Origin: Centroscyllium fabricii
Lineage: Eukaryota
Length of the DNA stretch: 64,000 bases
NCBI GenBank assembly: GCA_051313645.2
Contig: JBNRSN020000006.1
Location: 308,264,001-308,328,000 of the forward strand
Direction of reading: 5' to 3'
Shown here: positions 1 to 15,100 of the stretch, in pieces
How positions within the stretch are numbered: the stretch's first letter is position 1
Layout: each line of letters begins with the position of its first letter
Position numbers and translations under genes: made by a program
Notes under the pieces: model-generated
Told to the model about the DNA's origin: nothing
Seen by the model: only the letters and a program-made list of their open reading frames with translations
The model's database searches: none

Positions 1-3000
1 TTGATTCTCTCCTGTACTATATTCTATTATATTGATTCTCTCCTGTAATATATTCTATTCTATTGATTCTCTCACCTGTACTATATTCTATTATATTGAT
101 TCTCTACTGTACTATATTCTATTATATTGATTCTCTCCTGTACTATATTCTATTATATTGATTCTCTCTCCTGTACTATATTCTATTATATTGATTCTCT
201 CTCCTGTACTATATTCTATTATATTGATTCTCTCTCCTGTACTATATTCTATTATATTGATTCTCTCTCCTGTACTATATTCTATTATATTGATTCTCTC
301 CTGTACTATATTCTATTATATTGATTCTCTCTCCTGTACCATATTCTATTATATTGATTCTCTCTCCTGTACTATATTCTATTATATTGATTCTCTCCTG
401 TACTATATTCTATTATATTGATTCTCTCTCCTGTACTATATTCTATTATATTGACTCTCTCCTGTACTATATTCTATTATATTGATTCTCTCTCCTGTAC
501 TATATTCTATTATATTGATTCTCTCTCCTGTACTATATTCTATTATATTGACTCTCTCCTGTACTATATTCTATTATATTGATTCTCTCTCCTGTACTAT
601 ATTCTATTATATTGATTCTCTCCTGTACTATATTCTATTATATTGATTCTCTCTGCTGTACTATATTCTATTATATTGATTCTCTCTCCTGTACTATATT
701 CTATTATATTGATTCTCTCTCCAGTACTATATTCTATTATATTGATTCTCTCTCCTGTACTATATTCTATTATATTACTTCTCTCTCCTGTACTATATTC
801 TATTATATTGACTCTCTCCTGTTCTATATTCTATTATATTGATTCTCTCTCCTGTACTATATTCTATTATATTGATTCTCTCCTGTACTATATTCTATTA
901 TATTGATTCTCTCCTGTACTATATTCTATTATATTGATTCTCTCCTGTACTATATTCTATTATATTGATTTTCTCCTGTACTATATTCTATTATATTGAT
1001 TGTCTCCTGTACTATATTCTATTATATTAATTTTCTCTCCTGTACTATATTCTATTATATTGATTCTCTCTCCTGTACTATATTCTATTATATTGATTCT
1101 CTCCTCTACTATATTCTATTATATTGATTCTCTCCTGTACGATATTCTATTATATTGATTCTCTCCTGTACTATATTCTATTATATTGATTCACTCCTGT
1201 ACTATATTCTATTATATTGATTCTCTCCTGTACTATATTCTATTATATTGATTTTCTCTCCTGTACTATATTCTAATATATTGATTCTCTCTCCTGTACT
1301 ATATTCTATTATATTGATTCTCTCTCCTGTACTATAGTCTATTATATTGATTCTCTCCTGTACTATATTCTATTATGTTGATTCTCTCTCCTGTACTATG
1401 TTCTATTATATTGATTCTCTCCTGTACTATATTCTATTATATTGATTCTCTCCTGTACTATATTCTATTATATTGATTCTCTCTCATGTAATATATTCTA
1501 TTATATTGATTCTCTCCTGTACTATATTCTATTATATTGATTCTCTCCTCTACTATATTCTATTATATTGATTCTCTCTCCTGTACTATATTCTATTATA
1601 TCGATTCTCTCCTGTACTATATTCTATTATATTGATTCTCTCTCCTGTACTATATTCTATTATATTGATTCTCTCCTGTACTATATTCTATTATATTGAT
1701 TCTCTCTCCTGTACTATATTCTATTATATTGATTCTCTCTCCTGTACTATATTCTGTTATATTGATTCTCTCTCCTGTACTATATTCTATTATATTGATT
1801 CTCTCCTGTACTATATCCTATTATATTGATTCTCTCTCCTGTACTATATTCTATTATATTGATTCTCTCCTGTACTATATTCTATTATATTGATTCTCTC
1901 TCCTGTACTATATTCTATTATATTGATTCACTCCAGTACTATATTCTATTATATTGATTCTCTCCTGTACTATATTCTATTATATTGATTTTCTCTCCTG
2001 TACTATATTCTATTATATTGATTCTCTCCTGTACTATATTCTATTATATTGATACTCTCTCCTGTACTATATTCTATTATATTGATTTTCTCTCCTGTAC
2101 TATATTCTATTATATTGATTCACTCCTGTACTATATTCTATTATATTGATTCTCTCCTGTACTATATTCTATTATATTGATTCTCTCGCCTGTACTATAT
2201 TCTATTACATTGATTCTCTCTCCTGTACTATATTCTATTATATTGATTCTCTCTCCTGTACTATATTCTACTATATTGATTCTCTCTCCTGTACTATAGT
2301 CTATTATATTGATTCTCTCCTGTACTATATTCTATTATGTTGATTCTCTCTCCTGTACTATATTCTATTATATGGACTCTCTCCTGTACTATATTCTATT
2401 ATATTGATTCTCTCTCCTGTACTATATTCTATTATGTTGATTCTCTCTCCTGTACTATATTCTATTATATTGATTCTCTCTCCTGTACTATATTCTATTA
2501 TATTGATCCTCTCTCCTGTACTATATTCTATTATATTGATTCTCCCCTGTACTATATTCTATTATATTGATTCTCTCTCCTGTACTATATTCTATTATAT
2601 TGATTCTCTCCTGTACTATATTCTATTATATTGATTCTCTCCTGTACTATATTCTATTATATTGATTCACTCCTGTACTATATTCTATTATATTGATTCT
2701 CTCCTGTACTATATTCTATTATATTGATTCTCTCTCCTGTACTATATTCCATTATATTGATTCTCTCCTGTACTATATTCTATTATATTGATTTTCTCCT
2801 GTACTATATTCTATTATATTGATTCTCTCCTGTACTATATTCTATTATATTGATTCTCTCTCCTGTACTATATTCTATTTTATTGATTCTCTCTCCTGTA
2901 CTATATTCTATTATATTGATTCTCTCCTGTACTATATTCTATTATATTGATTCTCTCCTGTACTATATTCTATTATATTGATTCTCTCCTGTACTATATT

Positions 3001-4006
3001 CTATTATATTGTTTCTCTCTCCTGTACTATATTCTATTATATTGATTCTCTCCTGTACTATATTCTATTATATTGATTCTCTCCTGTAATATATTCTATT
3101 CTATTGATTCTCTCACCTGTACTATATTCTATTATATTGATTCTCTACTGTACTATATTCTATTATATTGATTCTCTCCTGTACTATATTCTATTATATT
3201 GATTCTCTCTCCTGTACTATATTCTATTATATTGATTCTCTCTCCTGTACTATATTCTATTATATTGATTCTCTCTCCTGTACTATATTCTATTATATTG
3301 ATTCTCTCTCCTGTACTATATTCTATTATATTGATTCTCTCCTGTACTATATTCTATTATATTGATTCTCTCTCCTGTACCATATTCTATTATATTGATT
3401 CTCTCTCCTGTACTATATTCTATTATATTGATTCTCTCCTGTACTATATTCTATTATATTGATTCTCTCTCCTGTACTATATTCTATTATATTGACTCTC
3501 TCCTGTACTATATTCTATTATATTGATTCTCTCTCCTGTACTATATTCTATTATATTGATTCTCTCTCCTGTACTATATTCTATTATATTGACTCTCTCC
3601 TGTACTATATTCTATTATATTGATTCTCTCTCCTGTACTATATTCTATTATATTGATTCTCTCCTGTACTATATTCTATTATATTGATTCTCTCTGCTGT
3701 ACTATATTCTATTATATTGATTCTCTCTCCTGTACTATATTCTATTATATTGATTCTCTCTCCAGTACTATATTCTATTATATTGATTCTCTCTCCTGTA
3801 CTATATTCTATTATATTACTTCTCTCTCCTGTACTATATTCTATTATATTGACTCTCTCCTGTTCTATATTCTATTATATTGATTCTCTCTCCTGTACTA
3901 TATTCTATTATATTGATTCTCTCCTGTACTATATTCTATTATATTGATTCTCTCCTGTACTATATTCTATTATATTGATTCTCTCCTGTACTATATTCTA
4001 TTATAT
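1..4006 (+). repeat. Block ~1-965 repeated at ~3042-4006 (offset 3041 bp)
   Basis: Both copies have the same variant series (TGTAAT, TATTCTATTG, CTCACC, CTACTG, TACCAT, CCAGTAC, ATTACTT, TGTTCT). ORF-track pairs 127/3168, 579/3620 and 643/3684 all differ by 3041. Confidence 0.9.
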
Positions 4007-7000
4007 TGATTCTCTCCTGTACTATATTCTATTATATTGATTCTCTCCTGTACTATATTCTATTATATTGATTTTCTCTCCTGTATTATATTCTATTATA
4101 TTGATTCTCTCCTGTACTATATTCTATTATATTGATTCTCTCTCCTGTACTATATTCTCTTATATTGATTCTCTCCTGTACTTTATTCTATTATATTGAT
4201 TCTCTCCTGTACTATATTCTTTTATATTGATTAACTCCTGTACTATATTCTATTATATTGATTCTCTCCTGTAGAATATTCTATTATATTGATTCTCTCC
4301 TGTACTATATTCTATTATATTGATTCTCTCTCCTGTACTATATTCTATTATATTGATTCTCTCCTGTACTATATTCTATTATATTGATTCTCTCTCCTGT
4401 ACTATATTCTATTATATTGATCCTCTCTCCTGTACTATATTCTATTATATTGATTCTCTCCTGTACTATATTCTATTATATTGATTCTCTCTCCTGTACT
4501 ATATTCTATTATATTGATTCTCCCTCCTGTACTATATTCTATTATATTGATTCTCTCCTGTACTATATTCTATTATGTTGATTCTCTCCTGTACTATATT
4601 CTAATATATTGATTCTCTCTCCTGTACTATATTCTATTATATTGATCCTCTCTCCTGTACTATATTCTATTATATTGATTCTCTCCTGTACTATATTCTA
4701 TTACATTGATTCTCTCCTGTACTATATTCTATTATATTGATTCTCTCCTGTACTATATTCAATTATATTGATTCTCTACTGTACTATATTCTATTATATT
4801 GATTCTCTCTCCTGTACTATATTCTATTATATTGATTCTATCTCCTGTACTATATTCTATTATATTGATTCTCTCTCCTGTACTATATTCTATTATGTTG
4901 ATTCCCTCCTGTACTATATTCTATTATATTGATTCTCTCTCCTGTACTATATTCTATTATATTGATTCTCTCCTGTACTATATTCTATTATATTGATTCT
5001 CTCGCCTGTACTATATTCTATTATATTGATTCACTCCTGTACTATATTCTATTATATTGATTCTCTCCTGTACTATATTCTATTATATTGATTTTCTCTC
5101 TTGTACTATATTCTATTATATTGATTCTCTCCTGTACTATATTCTATTATATTGATACTCTCTCCTGTACTATATTCTATTATATTGATTTTCTCTCCTG
5201 TACTATATTCTATTATATTGATTCTCTCCTGTACTATGTTCTATTATATTGATTCTCTCTCCTGTACTATATTCTATTATATTGATTCTCTCTCCTGTAC
5301 TATATTCTATTATATTGATTCTCTCTCCTGTACTATATTCTACTATATTGATTCTCTCTCCTGTACTATAGTCTATTATATTGATTCTCTCCTGTACTAT
5401 ATTCTATTATGTTGATTCTCTCTGCTGTACCATATTCTATTATATGGACTCTCTCCTGTACTATATTCTATTATATTGATTCTCTCTCCTGTACTATATT
5501 CTATTATGTTGATTCTCTCTCCTGTACTATATTCTATTATATTGATCCTCTCTCCTGTACTATATTCTATTATATTGATTCTCTCCTGTACTATATTCTA
5601 TTATATTGATTCTCTCTCCTGTACTATATTCTATTATATTGATTCTCTCCTGTACTATATTCTATTATATTGATTCTCTCCTGTACTATATTCTATTATA
5701 TTGATTCACTCCTGTACTATATTCTATTATATTGATTCTCTCCTGTACTATATTCTATTATATTGATTATCTCTCCTGTACTATATTCTATTATATTGAT
5801 TTTCTCCTGTACTATATTCTATTATATTGATTCTCTCCTGTACTATATTCTATTATATTGATTCTCTCTCCTGTACTATATTCTATTTTATTGATTCTCT
5901 CTCCTGTACTATATTCTATTATGTTGATTCTCTCCTGTACTATATTCTATTATATTGACTCTCTCCTGTACTATATTCTATTATATTGACTCTCTCCTGT
6001 ACTATATTCCATTATATTGATTCTCTCCTGTACTATATTCTATTATATTGATTCTCTCCTGTACTATGTTCTATTATATTGATTCTCTCTCCTGTACTAT
6101 ATTCTATTATATTGATTCTCTCCTGTACTATATTCTATTATATTGATTCTCTCTCCTGTACTATATTCGATTATATTGATTCTCTCCTGTACTATATTCC
6201 ATTATATTGATTCTCTCCTGTACTATATTCTATTATATTGACTCTCTCCTGTACTATATTCCATTATATTGATTCTCTCCTGTACTATATTCTATTATAT
6301 TGATTCTCTCCTGTACTATATTCTATTATATTGATTCTCTCCTGTACTATATTCTATTATATTGATTCTCTCCTGTACTATATTCTATTATATTGATTCT
6401 CTCTCCTGTACTATATTCTATTATATTGATTCTCTCCTGTACTATATTCTATTCTATTGATTCTCTCCTGTACTATATTCTATTCTATTGATTCTCTCAC
6501 CTGTACTATATTCTATTATATTGATTCTCTACTGTACTATATTCTATTATAATGATTCTCTCCTGTACTATATTCTATTATATTGATTCTCTCTCCTGTA
6601 CTATATTCTATTATATTGATTCTCTCTCCTGTACTATATTCTATTATATTGATTCTCTCTCCTGTACTATATTCTATTATATTGATTCTCTCTCCTGTAC
6701 TATATTCTATTATACTGATTCTCTCCTGTACTATATTTTATTATATTGATTCTCTCCTGTACTATATTCTATTATATTGATTCTCTCTCCTGTACTATAT
6801 TTTATTATATTGACTCTCTCCTGTACTATATTCTATTATATTGATTCTCTCCTGTACTATATTCTATTATATTGATTCTCTCTCCTGTACTATATTCTAT
6901 TATATTGATTCACTCCTGTACTATATTCTATTATATTGATTCTCTCCTGTACTATATTCTATTATATTGATTTTCTCCTCTGTACTATATTCTATTATAT

Positions 7001-10000
7001 TGATTCTCTCCTGTATTATATTCTATTATATTGATACTCTCTCCTGTACTATATTCTATTATATTGATTCTCTCTGCTGTACTATATTCTATTATATTGA
7101 TTCTCTCTCCTGTACTATATTCTATTATATTGATTCTCTCTCCAGTACTATATTCTATTATATTGATTCTCTCTCCTGTACTATATTCTATTATATTACT
7201 TCTCTCTCCTGTACTATATTCTATTATATTGACTCTCTCCTGTTCTATATTCTATTATATTGATTCTCTCTCCTGTACTATATTCTATTATATTGATTCT
7301 CTCCTGTACTATATTCTATTATATTGATTCTCTCCTGTACTATATTCTATTATATTGATTCTCTCCTGTACTATATTCTATTATATTGATTCTCTCCTGT
7401 ACTATATTCTATTATATTGATTCTCTCCTGTACTATATTCTATTATATTGATTTTCTCTCCTGTATTATATTCTATTATATTGATTCTCTCCTGTACTAT
7501 ATTCTATTATATTGATTCTCTCTCCTGTACTATATTCTCTTATATTGATTCTCTCCTGTACTTTATTCTATTATATTGATTCTCTCCTGTACTATATTCT
7601 TTTATATTGATTAACTCCTGTACTATATTCTATTATATTGATTCTCTCCTGTAGTATATTCTATTATATTGATTCTCTCCTGTACTATATTCTATTATAT
7701 TGATTCTCTCTCCTGTACTATATTCTATTATATTGATTCTCTCCTGTACTATATTCTATTATATTGATTCTCTCTCCTGTACTATATTCTATTATATTGA
7801 TCCTCTCTCCTGTACTATATTCTATTATATTGATTCTCTCCTGTACTATATTCTATTATATTGATTCTCTCTCCTGTACTATATTCTATTATATTGATTC
7901 TCCCTCCTGTACTATATTCTATTATATTGATTCTCTCCTGTACTATATTCTATTATGTTGATTCTCTCCTGTACTATATTCTAATATATTGATTCTCTCT
8001 CCTGTACTATATTCTATTATATTGATCCTCTCTCCTGTACTATATTTTATTATATTGATTCTCTCCTGTACTATATTCTATTACATTGATTCTCTCCTGT
8101 ACTATATTCTATTATATTGATTCTCTCCTGTACTATATTCAATTATATTGATTCTCTACTGTACTATATTCTATTATATTGATTCTCTCTCCTGTACTAT
8201 ATTCTATTATATTGATTCTATCTCCTGTACTATATTCTATTATATTGATTCTCTCTCCTGTACTATATTCTATTATGTTGATTCCCTCCTGTACTATATT
8301 CTATTATATTGATTTTCTCTCCTGTACTATATTCTATTATATTGATTCTCTCCTGTACTATATTCTATTATATTGATTCTCTCGCCTGTACTATATTCTA
8401 TTATATTGATTCACTCCTGTACTATATTCTATTATATTGATTCTCTCCTGTACTATATTCTATTATATTGATTTTCTCTCTTGTACTATATTCTATTATA
8501 TTGATTCTCTCCTGTACTATATTCTATTATATTGATACTCTCTCCTGTACTATATTCTATTATATTGATTTTCTCTCCTGTACTATATTCTATTATATTG
8601 ATTCTCTCCTGTACTATGTTCTATTATATTGATTCTCTCTCCTGTACTATATTCTATTATATTGATTCTCTCTCCTGTACTATATTCTATTATATTGATT
8701 CTCTCTCCTGTACTATATTCTACTATATTGATTCTCTCTCCTGTACTATAGTCTATTATATTGATTCTCTCCTGTACTATATTCTATTATGTTGATTCTC
8801 TCTGCTGTACCATATTCTATTATATGGACTCTCTCCTGTACTATATTCTATTATATTGATTCTCTCTCCTGTACTATATTCTATTATGTTGATTCTCTCT
8901 CCTGTACTATATTCTATTATATTGATCCTCTCTCCTGTACTATATTCTATTATATTGATTCTCTCCTGTACTATATTCTATTATATTGATTCTCTCTCCT
9001 GTACTATATTCTATTATATTGATTCTCTCCTGTACTATATTCTATTATATTGATTCTCTCCTGTACTATATTCTATTATATTGATTCTCTCCTGTACTAT
9101 ATTCTATTATATTGATTCTCTCCTGTACTATATTCTATTATATTGATTCTCTCCTGTACTATATTCTATTATATTGATTTTCTCTCCTGTATTATATTCT
9201 ATTATATTGATTCTCTCCTGTACTATATTCTATTATATTGATTCTCTCTCCTGTACTATATTCTCTTATATTGATTCTCTCCTGTACTTTATTCTATTAT
9301 ATTGATTCTCTCCTGTACTATATTCTTTTATATTGATTAACTCCTGTACTATATTCTATTATATTGATTCTCTCCTGTAGTATATTCTATTATATTGATT
9401 CTCTCCTGTACTATATTCTATTATATTGATTCTCTCTCCTGTACTATATTCTATTATATTGATTCTCTCCTGTACTATATTCTATTATATTGATTCTCTC
9501 TCCTGTACTATATTCTATTATATTGATCCTCTCTCCTGTACTATATTCTATTATATTGATTCTCTCCTGTACTATATTCTATTATATTGATTCTCTCTCC
9601 TGTACTATATTCTATTATATTGATTCTCCCTCCTGTACTATATTCTATTATATTGATTCTCTCCTGTACTATATTCTATTATGTTGATTCTCTCCTGTAC
9701 TATATTCTAATATATTGATTCTCTCTCCTGTACTATATTCTATTATATTGATCCTCTCTCCTGTACTATATTTTATTATATTGATTCTCTCCTGTACTAT
9801 ATTCTATTACATTGATTCTCTCCTGTACTATATTCTATTATATTGATTCTCTCCTGTACTATATTCAATTATATTGATTCTCTACTGTACTATATTCTAT
9901 TATATTGATTCTCTCTCCTGTACTATATTCTATTATATTGATTCTATCTCCTGTACTATATTCTATTATATTGATTCTCTCTCCTGTACTATATTCTATT

Positions 10001-12156
10001 ATGTTGATTCCCTCCTGTACTATATTCTATTATATTGATTTTCTCTCCTGTACTATATTCTATTATATTGATTCTCTCCTGTACTATATTCTATTATATT
10101 GATTCTCTCGCCTGTACTATATTCTATTATATTGATTCACTCCTGTACTATATTCTATTATATTGATTCTCTCCTGTACTATATTCTATTATATTGATTT
10201 TCTCTCTTGTACTATATTCTATTATATTGATTCTCTCCTGTACTATATTCTATTATATTGATACTCTCTCCTGTACTATATTCTATTATATTGATTTTCT
10301 CTCCTGTACTATATTCTATTATATTGATTCTCTCCTGTACTATGTTCTATTATATTGATTCTCTCTCCTGTACTATATTCTATTATATTGATTCTCTCTC
10401 CTGTACTATATTCTATTATATTGATTCTCTCTCCTGTACTATATTCTACTATATTGATTCTCTCTCCTGTACTATAGTCTATTATATTGATTCTCTCCTG
10501 TACTATATTCTATTATGTTGATTCTCTCTGCTGTACCATATTCTATTATATGGACTCTCTCCTGTACTATATTCTATTATATTGATTCTCTCTCCTGTAC
10601 TATATTCTATTATGTTGATTCTCTCTCCTGTACTATATTCTATTATATTGATCCTCTCTCCTGTACTATATTCTATTATATTGATTCTCTCCTGTACTAT
10701 ATTCTATTATATTGATTCTCTCTCCTGTACTATATTCTATTATATTGATTCTCTCCTGTACTATATTCTATTATATTGATTCTCTCCTGTACTATATTCT
10801 ATTATATTGATTCACTCCTGTACTATATTCTATTATATTGATTCTCTCCTGTACTATATTCTATTATATTGATTATCTCTCCTGTACTATATTCTATTAT
10901 ATTGATTTTCTCCTGTACTATATTCTATTATATTGATTCTCTCCTGTACTATATTCTATTATATTGATTCTCTCTCCTGTACTATATTCTATTTTATTGA
11001 TTCTCTCTCCTGTACTATATTCTATTATGTTGATTCTCTCCTGTACTATATTCTATTATATTGACTCTCTCCTGTACTATATTCTATTATATTGACTCTC
11101 TCCTGTACTATATTCCATTATATTGATTCTCTCCTGTACTATATTCTATTATATTGATTCTCTCCTGTACTATGTTCTATTATATTGATTCTCTCTCCTG
11201 TACTATATTCTATTATATTGATTCTCTCCTGTACTATATTCTATTATATTGATTCTCTCTCCTGTACTATATTCGATTATATTGATTCTCTCCTGTACTA
11301 TATTCCATTATATTGATTCTCTCCTGTACTATATTCTATTATATTGACTCTCTCCTGTACTATATTCCATTATATTGATTCTCTCCTGTACTATATTCTA
11401 TTATATTGATTCTCTCCTGTACTATATTCTATTATATTGATTCTCTCCTGTACTATATTCTATTATATTGATTCTCTCCTGTACTATATTCTATTATATT
11501 GATTCTCTCTCCTGTACTATATTCTATTATATTGATTCTCTCCTGTACTATATTCTATTCTATTGATTCTCTCCTGTACTATATTCTATTCTATTGATTC
11601 TCTCACCTGTACTATATTCTATTATATTGATTCTCTACTGTACTATATTCTATTATAATGATTCTCTCCTGTACTATATTCTATTATATTGATTCTCTCT
11701 CCTGTACTATATTCTATTATATTGATTCTCTCTCCTGTACTATATTCTATTATATTGATTCTCTCTCCTGTACTATATTCTATTATATTGATTCTCTCTC
11801 CTGTACTATATTCTATTATACTGATTCTCTCCTGTACTATATTTTATTATATTGATTCTCTCCTGTACTATATTCTATTATATTGATTCTCTCTCCTGTA
11901 CTATATTTTATTATATTGACTCTCTCCTGTACTATATTCTATTATATTGATTCTCTCCTGTACTATATTCTATTATATTGATTCTCTCTCCTGTACTATA
12001 TTCTATTATATTGATTCACTCCTGTACTATATTCTATTATATTGATTCTCTCCTGTACTATATTCTATTATATTGATTTTCTCCTCTGTACTATATTCTA
12101 TTATATTGATTCTCTCCTGTATTATATTCTATTATATTGATACTCTCTCCTGTACT
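3680..12156 (+). repeat. 3380-bp HOR repeated twice; the second copy carries an internal 1726-bp tandem duplication
   Basis: Offsets are 4384/7764 and 5152/8532 (=3380), 7764/9490 and 8532/10258 (=1726), and 6552/11658 (=5106, i.e. 3380+1726). Confidence 0.88.
7250..10810 (+). repeat. 1726-bp tandem duplication
   Basis: The TTAAC marker is at 7611 and 9337. The private variants TATTTTAT (~8041/9767) and GATTTTCTCT (~8311/10037) are shared by these two copies and absent from the ~4.4-5.0 kb copy. Confidence 0.88.
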
Positions 12157-15100
12157 ATATTCTATTATATTGATTTTCTCTCCTGTACTATATTCTATTA
12201 TATTGATTCTCTCCTGTACTATATTCTATTATATTGATTCTCTCTCCTGTACTATATTCTATTATATTGATTCTCTCTCCTGTACTATATTCTATTATAT
12301 TGATTCTCTCTCCTGTACTATATTCTATTATATTGATTCTCTCCTGTACTATATTCTATTATATTGATTCTCTCCTGTACTATATTCTATTATATTGATT
12401 CACGCCTGTACTATATTCTATTATATTGATTCTCTCCTGTACTATATTCTATTATATTGATTATCTCTCCTGTACTATATTCTATTATATTGATTTTCTC
12501 CTGTACTATATTCTATTATATTGATTCTCTCCTGTACTATATTCTATTATATTGATTCTCTCTCCTGTACTATATTCTATTTTATTGATTCTCTCTCCTG
12601 TACTATATTCTATTATGTTGATTCTCTCCTGTACTATATTCTATTATGTTGATTCTCTCTCCTGTACTATATTCTATTATATTGATCCTCTCTCCTGTAC
12701 TATATTCTATTATATTGATTCTCTCCTGTACTATATTCTATTATATTGATTCTCTCTCCTGTACTATATTCTATTATATTGATTCTCTCCTGTACTATAT
12801 TCTATTATATTGATTCTCTCCTGTACTATATTCTATTATATTGATTCTCTCCTGTACTATATTCTATTATGTTGATTCCCTCCTGTACTATATTCTATTA
12901 TATTGATTCTCTCTCCTGTACTATATTCTATTATATTGATTCTCTCCTGTACTATATTCTATTATATTGATTCTCTCTCCTGTACTATATTCTATTATAT
13001 TGATTCACTCCTGTACTATATTCTATTATATTGATTCTCTCCTGTACTATATTCTATTATATTGATTTTCTCTCCTGTACTATATTCTATTATATTGATT
13101 CTCTCCTGTACTATATTCTATTATATTGATACTCTCTCCTGTACTATATTCTATTATATTGATTTTCTCTCCTGTACTATATTCTATTATATTGATTCTC
13201 TCCTGTACTATATTCTATTATATTGATTCTCTCTCCTGCACTATATTCTATTATATTGATTCTCTCTCCTGTACTATATTCTACTATATTGATTCTCTCT
13301 CCTGTACTATAGTCTATTATATTGATTCTCTCCTGTACTATATTCTATTATGTTGATTCTCTCTGCTGTACTATATTCTATTATATGGACTCTCTCCTGT
13401 ACTATATTCTATGATATTGATTCTCTCTCCTGTACTATATTCTATTATGTTGATTCTCTCTCCTGTACTATATTCTATTATATTGATCCTCTCTCCTGTA
13501 TTATATTCTATTATATTGATTCTCTCCTGTACTATATTATATTATATTGATTCTCTCTCCTGTACTATATTCTATTATATTGATTCTCTCCTGTACTATA
13601 TTCTATTATATTGATTCTCTCCTGTACTATATTCTATTATATTGATTCACTCCTGTACTATATTCTATTATATTGATTCTCTCCAGTACTATATTCTATT
13701 ATATTGATTATCTCTCCTGTACTATATTCTATTATATTTATTTTCTCCTGTACTATATTCTATTATATTGGTTCTCTCCTGTACTATATTCTATTATATT
13801 GATTCTCTCTCCTGTACTATATTCTATTTTATTGATTCTCTCTCCTGTACTATATTCTATTATGTTGATTCTCTCCTGTACTATATTCTATTATATTGAC
13901 TCTCTCCTGTACTATATTCTATTATATTGACTCTCTCCTGTACTATATTCTATTATATTGATTCTCTCTCCTGTACTATATTCCATTATATTGATTCTCT
14001 CCTGTACTATATTCTATTATATTGATTCTCTCCTGTACTATATTCTATTATATTGATTCTCTCTCCTGTACTATATTCTATTATATTGATTCTCTCCTGT
14101 ACTATATTCTATTATATTGATTCTCTCTCCTGTACTATATTCGATTATATTGATTCTCTCCTGTACTTTATTCTATTATATTGATTCTCTCCTGTACTAT
14201 ATTCTTTTATATTGATTAACTCCTGTACTATATTCTATTATATTGATTCTCTCCTGTAGTATATTCTATTATATTGATTCTCTCCTGTACTATATTCTAT
14301 TATATTGATTCTCTCTCCTGTACTATATTCTATTATATTGATCCTCTCTCCTGTACTATATTCTATTATATTGATTCTCTCCTGTACTATATTCTATTAT
14401 ATTGATTCTCTCTCCTGTACTATATTCTATTATATTGATTCTCCCTCCTGTACTATATTCTATTATATTGATTCTCTCCTGTACTATATTCTATTATGTT
14501 GATTCTCTCCTGTACTATATTCTAATATATTGATTCCCTCTCCTGTACTATATTCTATTATATTGATCCTCTCTCCTGTACTATATTCTATTATATTGAT
14601 TCTCTCCTGTACTATATTCTATTACATTGATTCTCTCCTGTACTATATTCTATTATATTGATTCTCTCCTGTACTATATTCAATTATATTGATTCTCTAC
14701 TGTACTATATTCTATTATATTGATTCTCTCTCCTGTACTATATTCTATTATATTGATTCTATCTCCTGTACTATATTCTATTATATTGATTCTCTCTCCT
14801 GTACTATATTCTATTATATTGATTCTCTCCTGTACTATATTCTATTATATTGATTCTCTCGCCTGTACTATATTCTATTATATTGATTCACTCCTGTACT
14901 ATATTCTATTATATTGATTCTCTCCTGTACTATATTCTATTATATTGATTTTCTCTCTTGTACTATATTCTATTATATTGATTCTCTCCTGTACTATATT
15001 CTATTATATTGATACTCTCTCCTGTACTATATTCTATTATATTGATTTTCTCTCCTGTACTATATTCTATTATATTGATTCTCTCCTGTACTATGTTCTA

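Noticed and set aside
1-31. Sigma70-like TTGATT/TTGACT-18 bp-TATTAT in each 31-mer, plus TATAAT and a Shine-Dalgarno-like AGGAG on the minus strand
   Set aside because: These are expected by chance in 74% AT sequence. There is no downstream gene and no evidence of a prokaryotic context.
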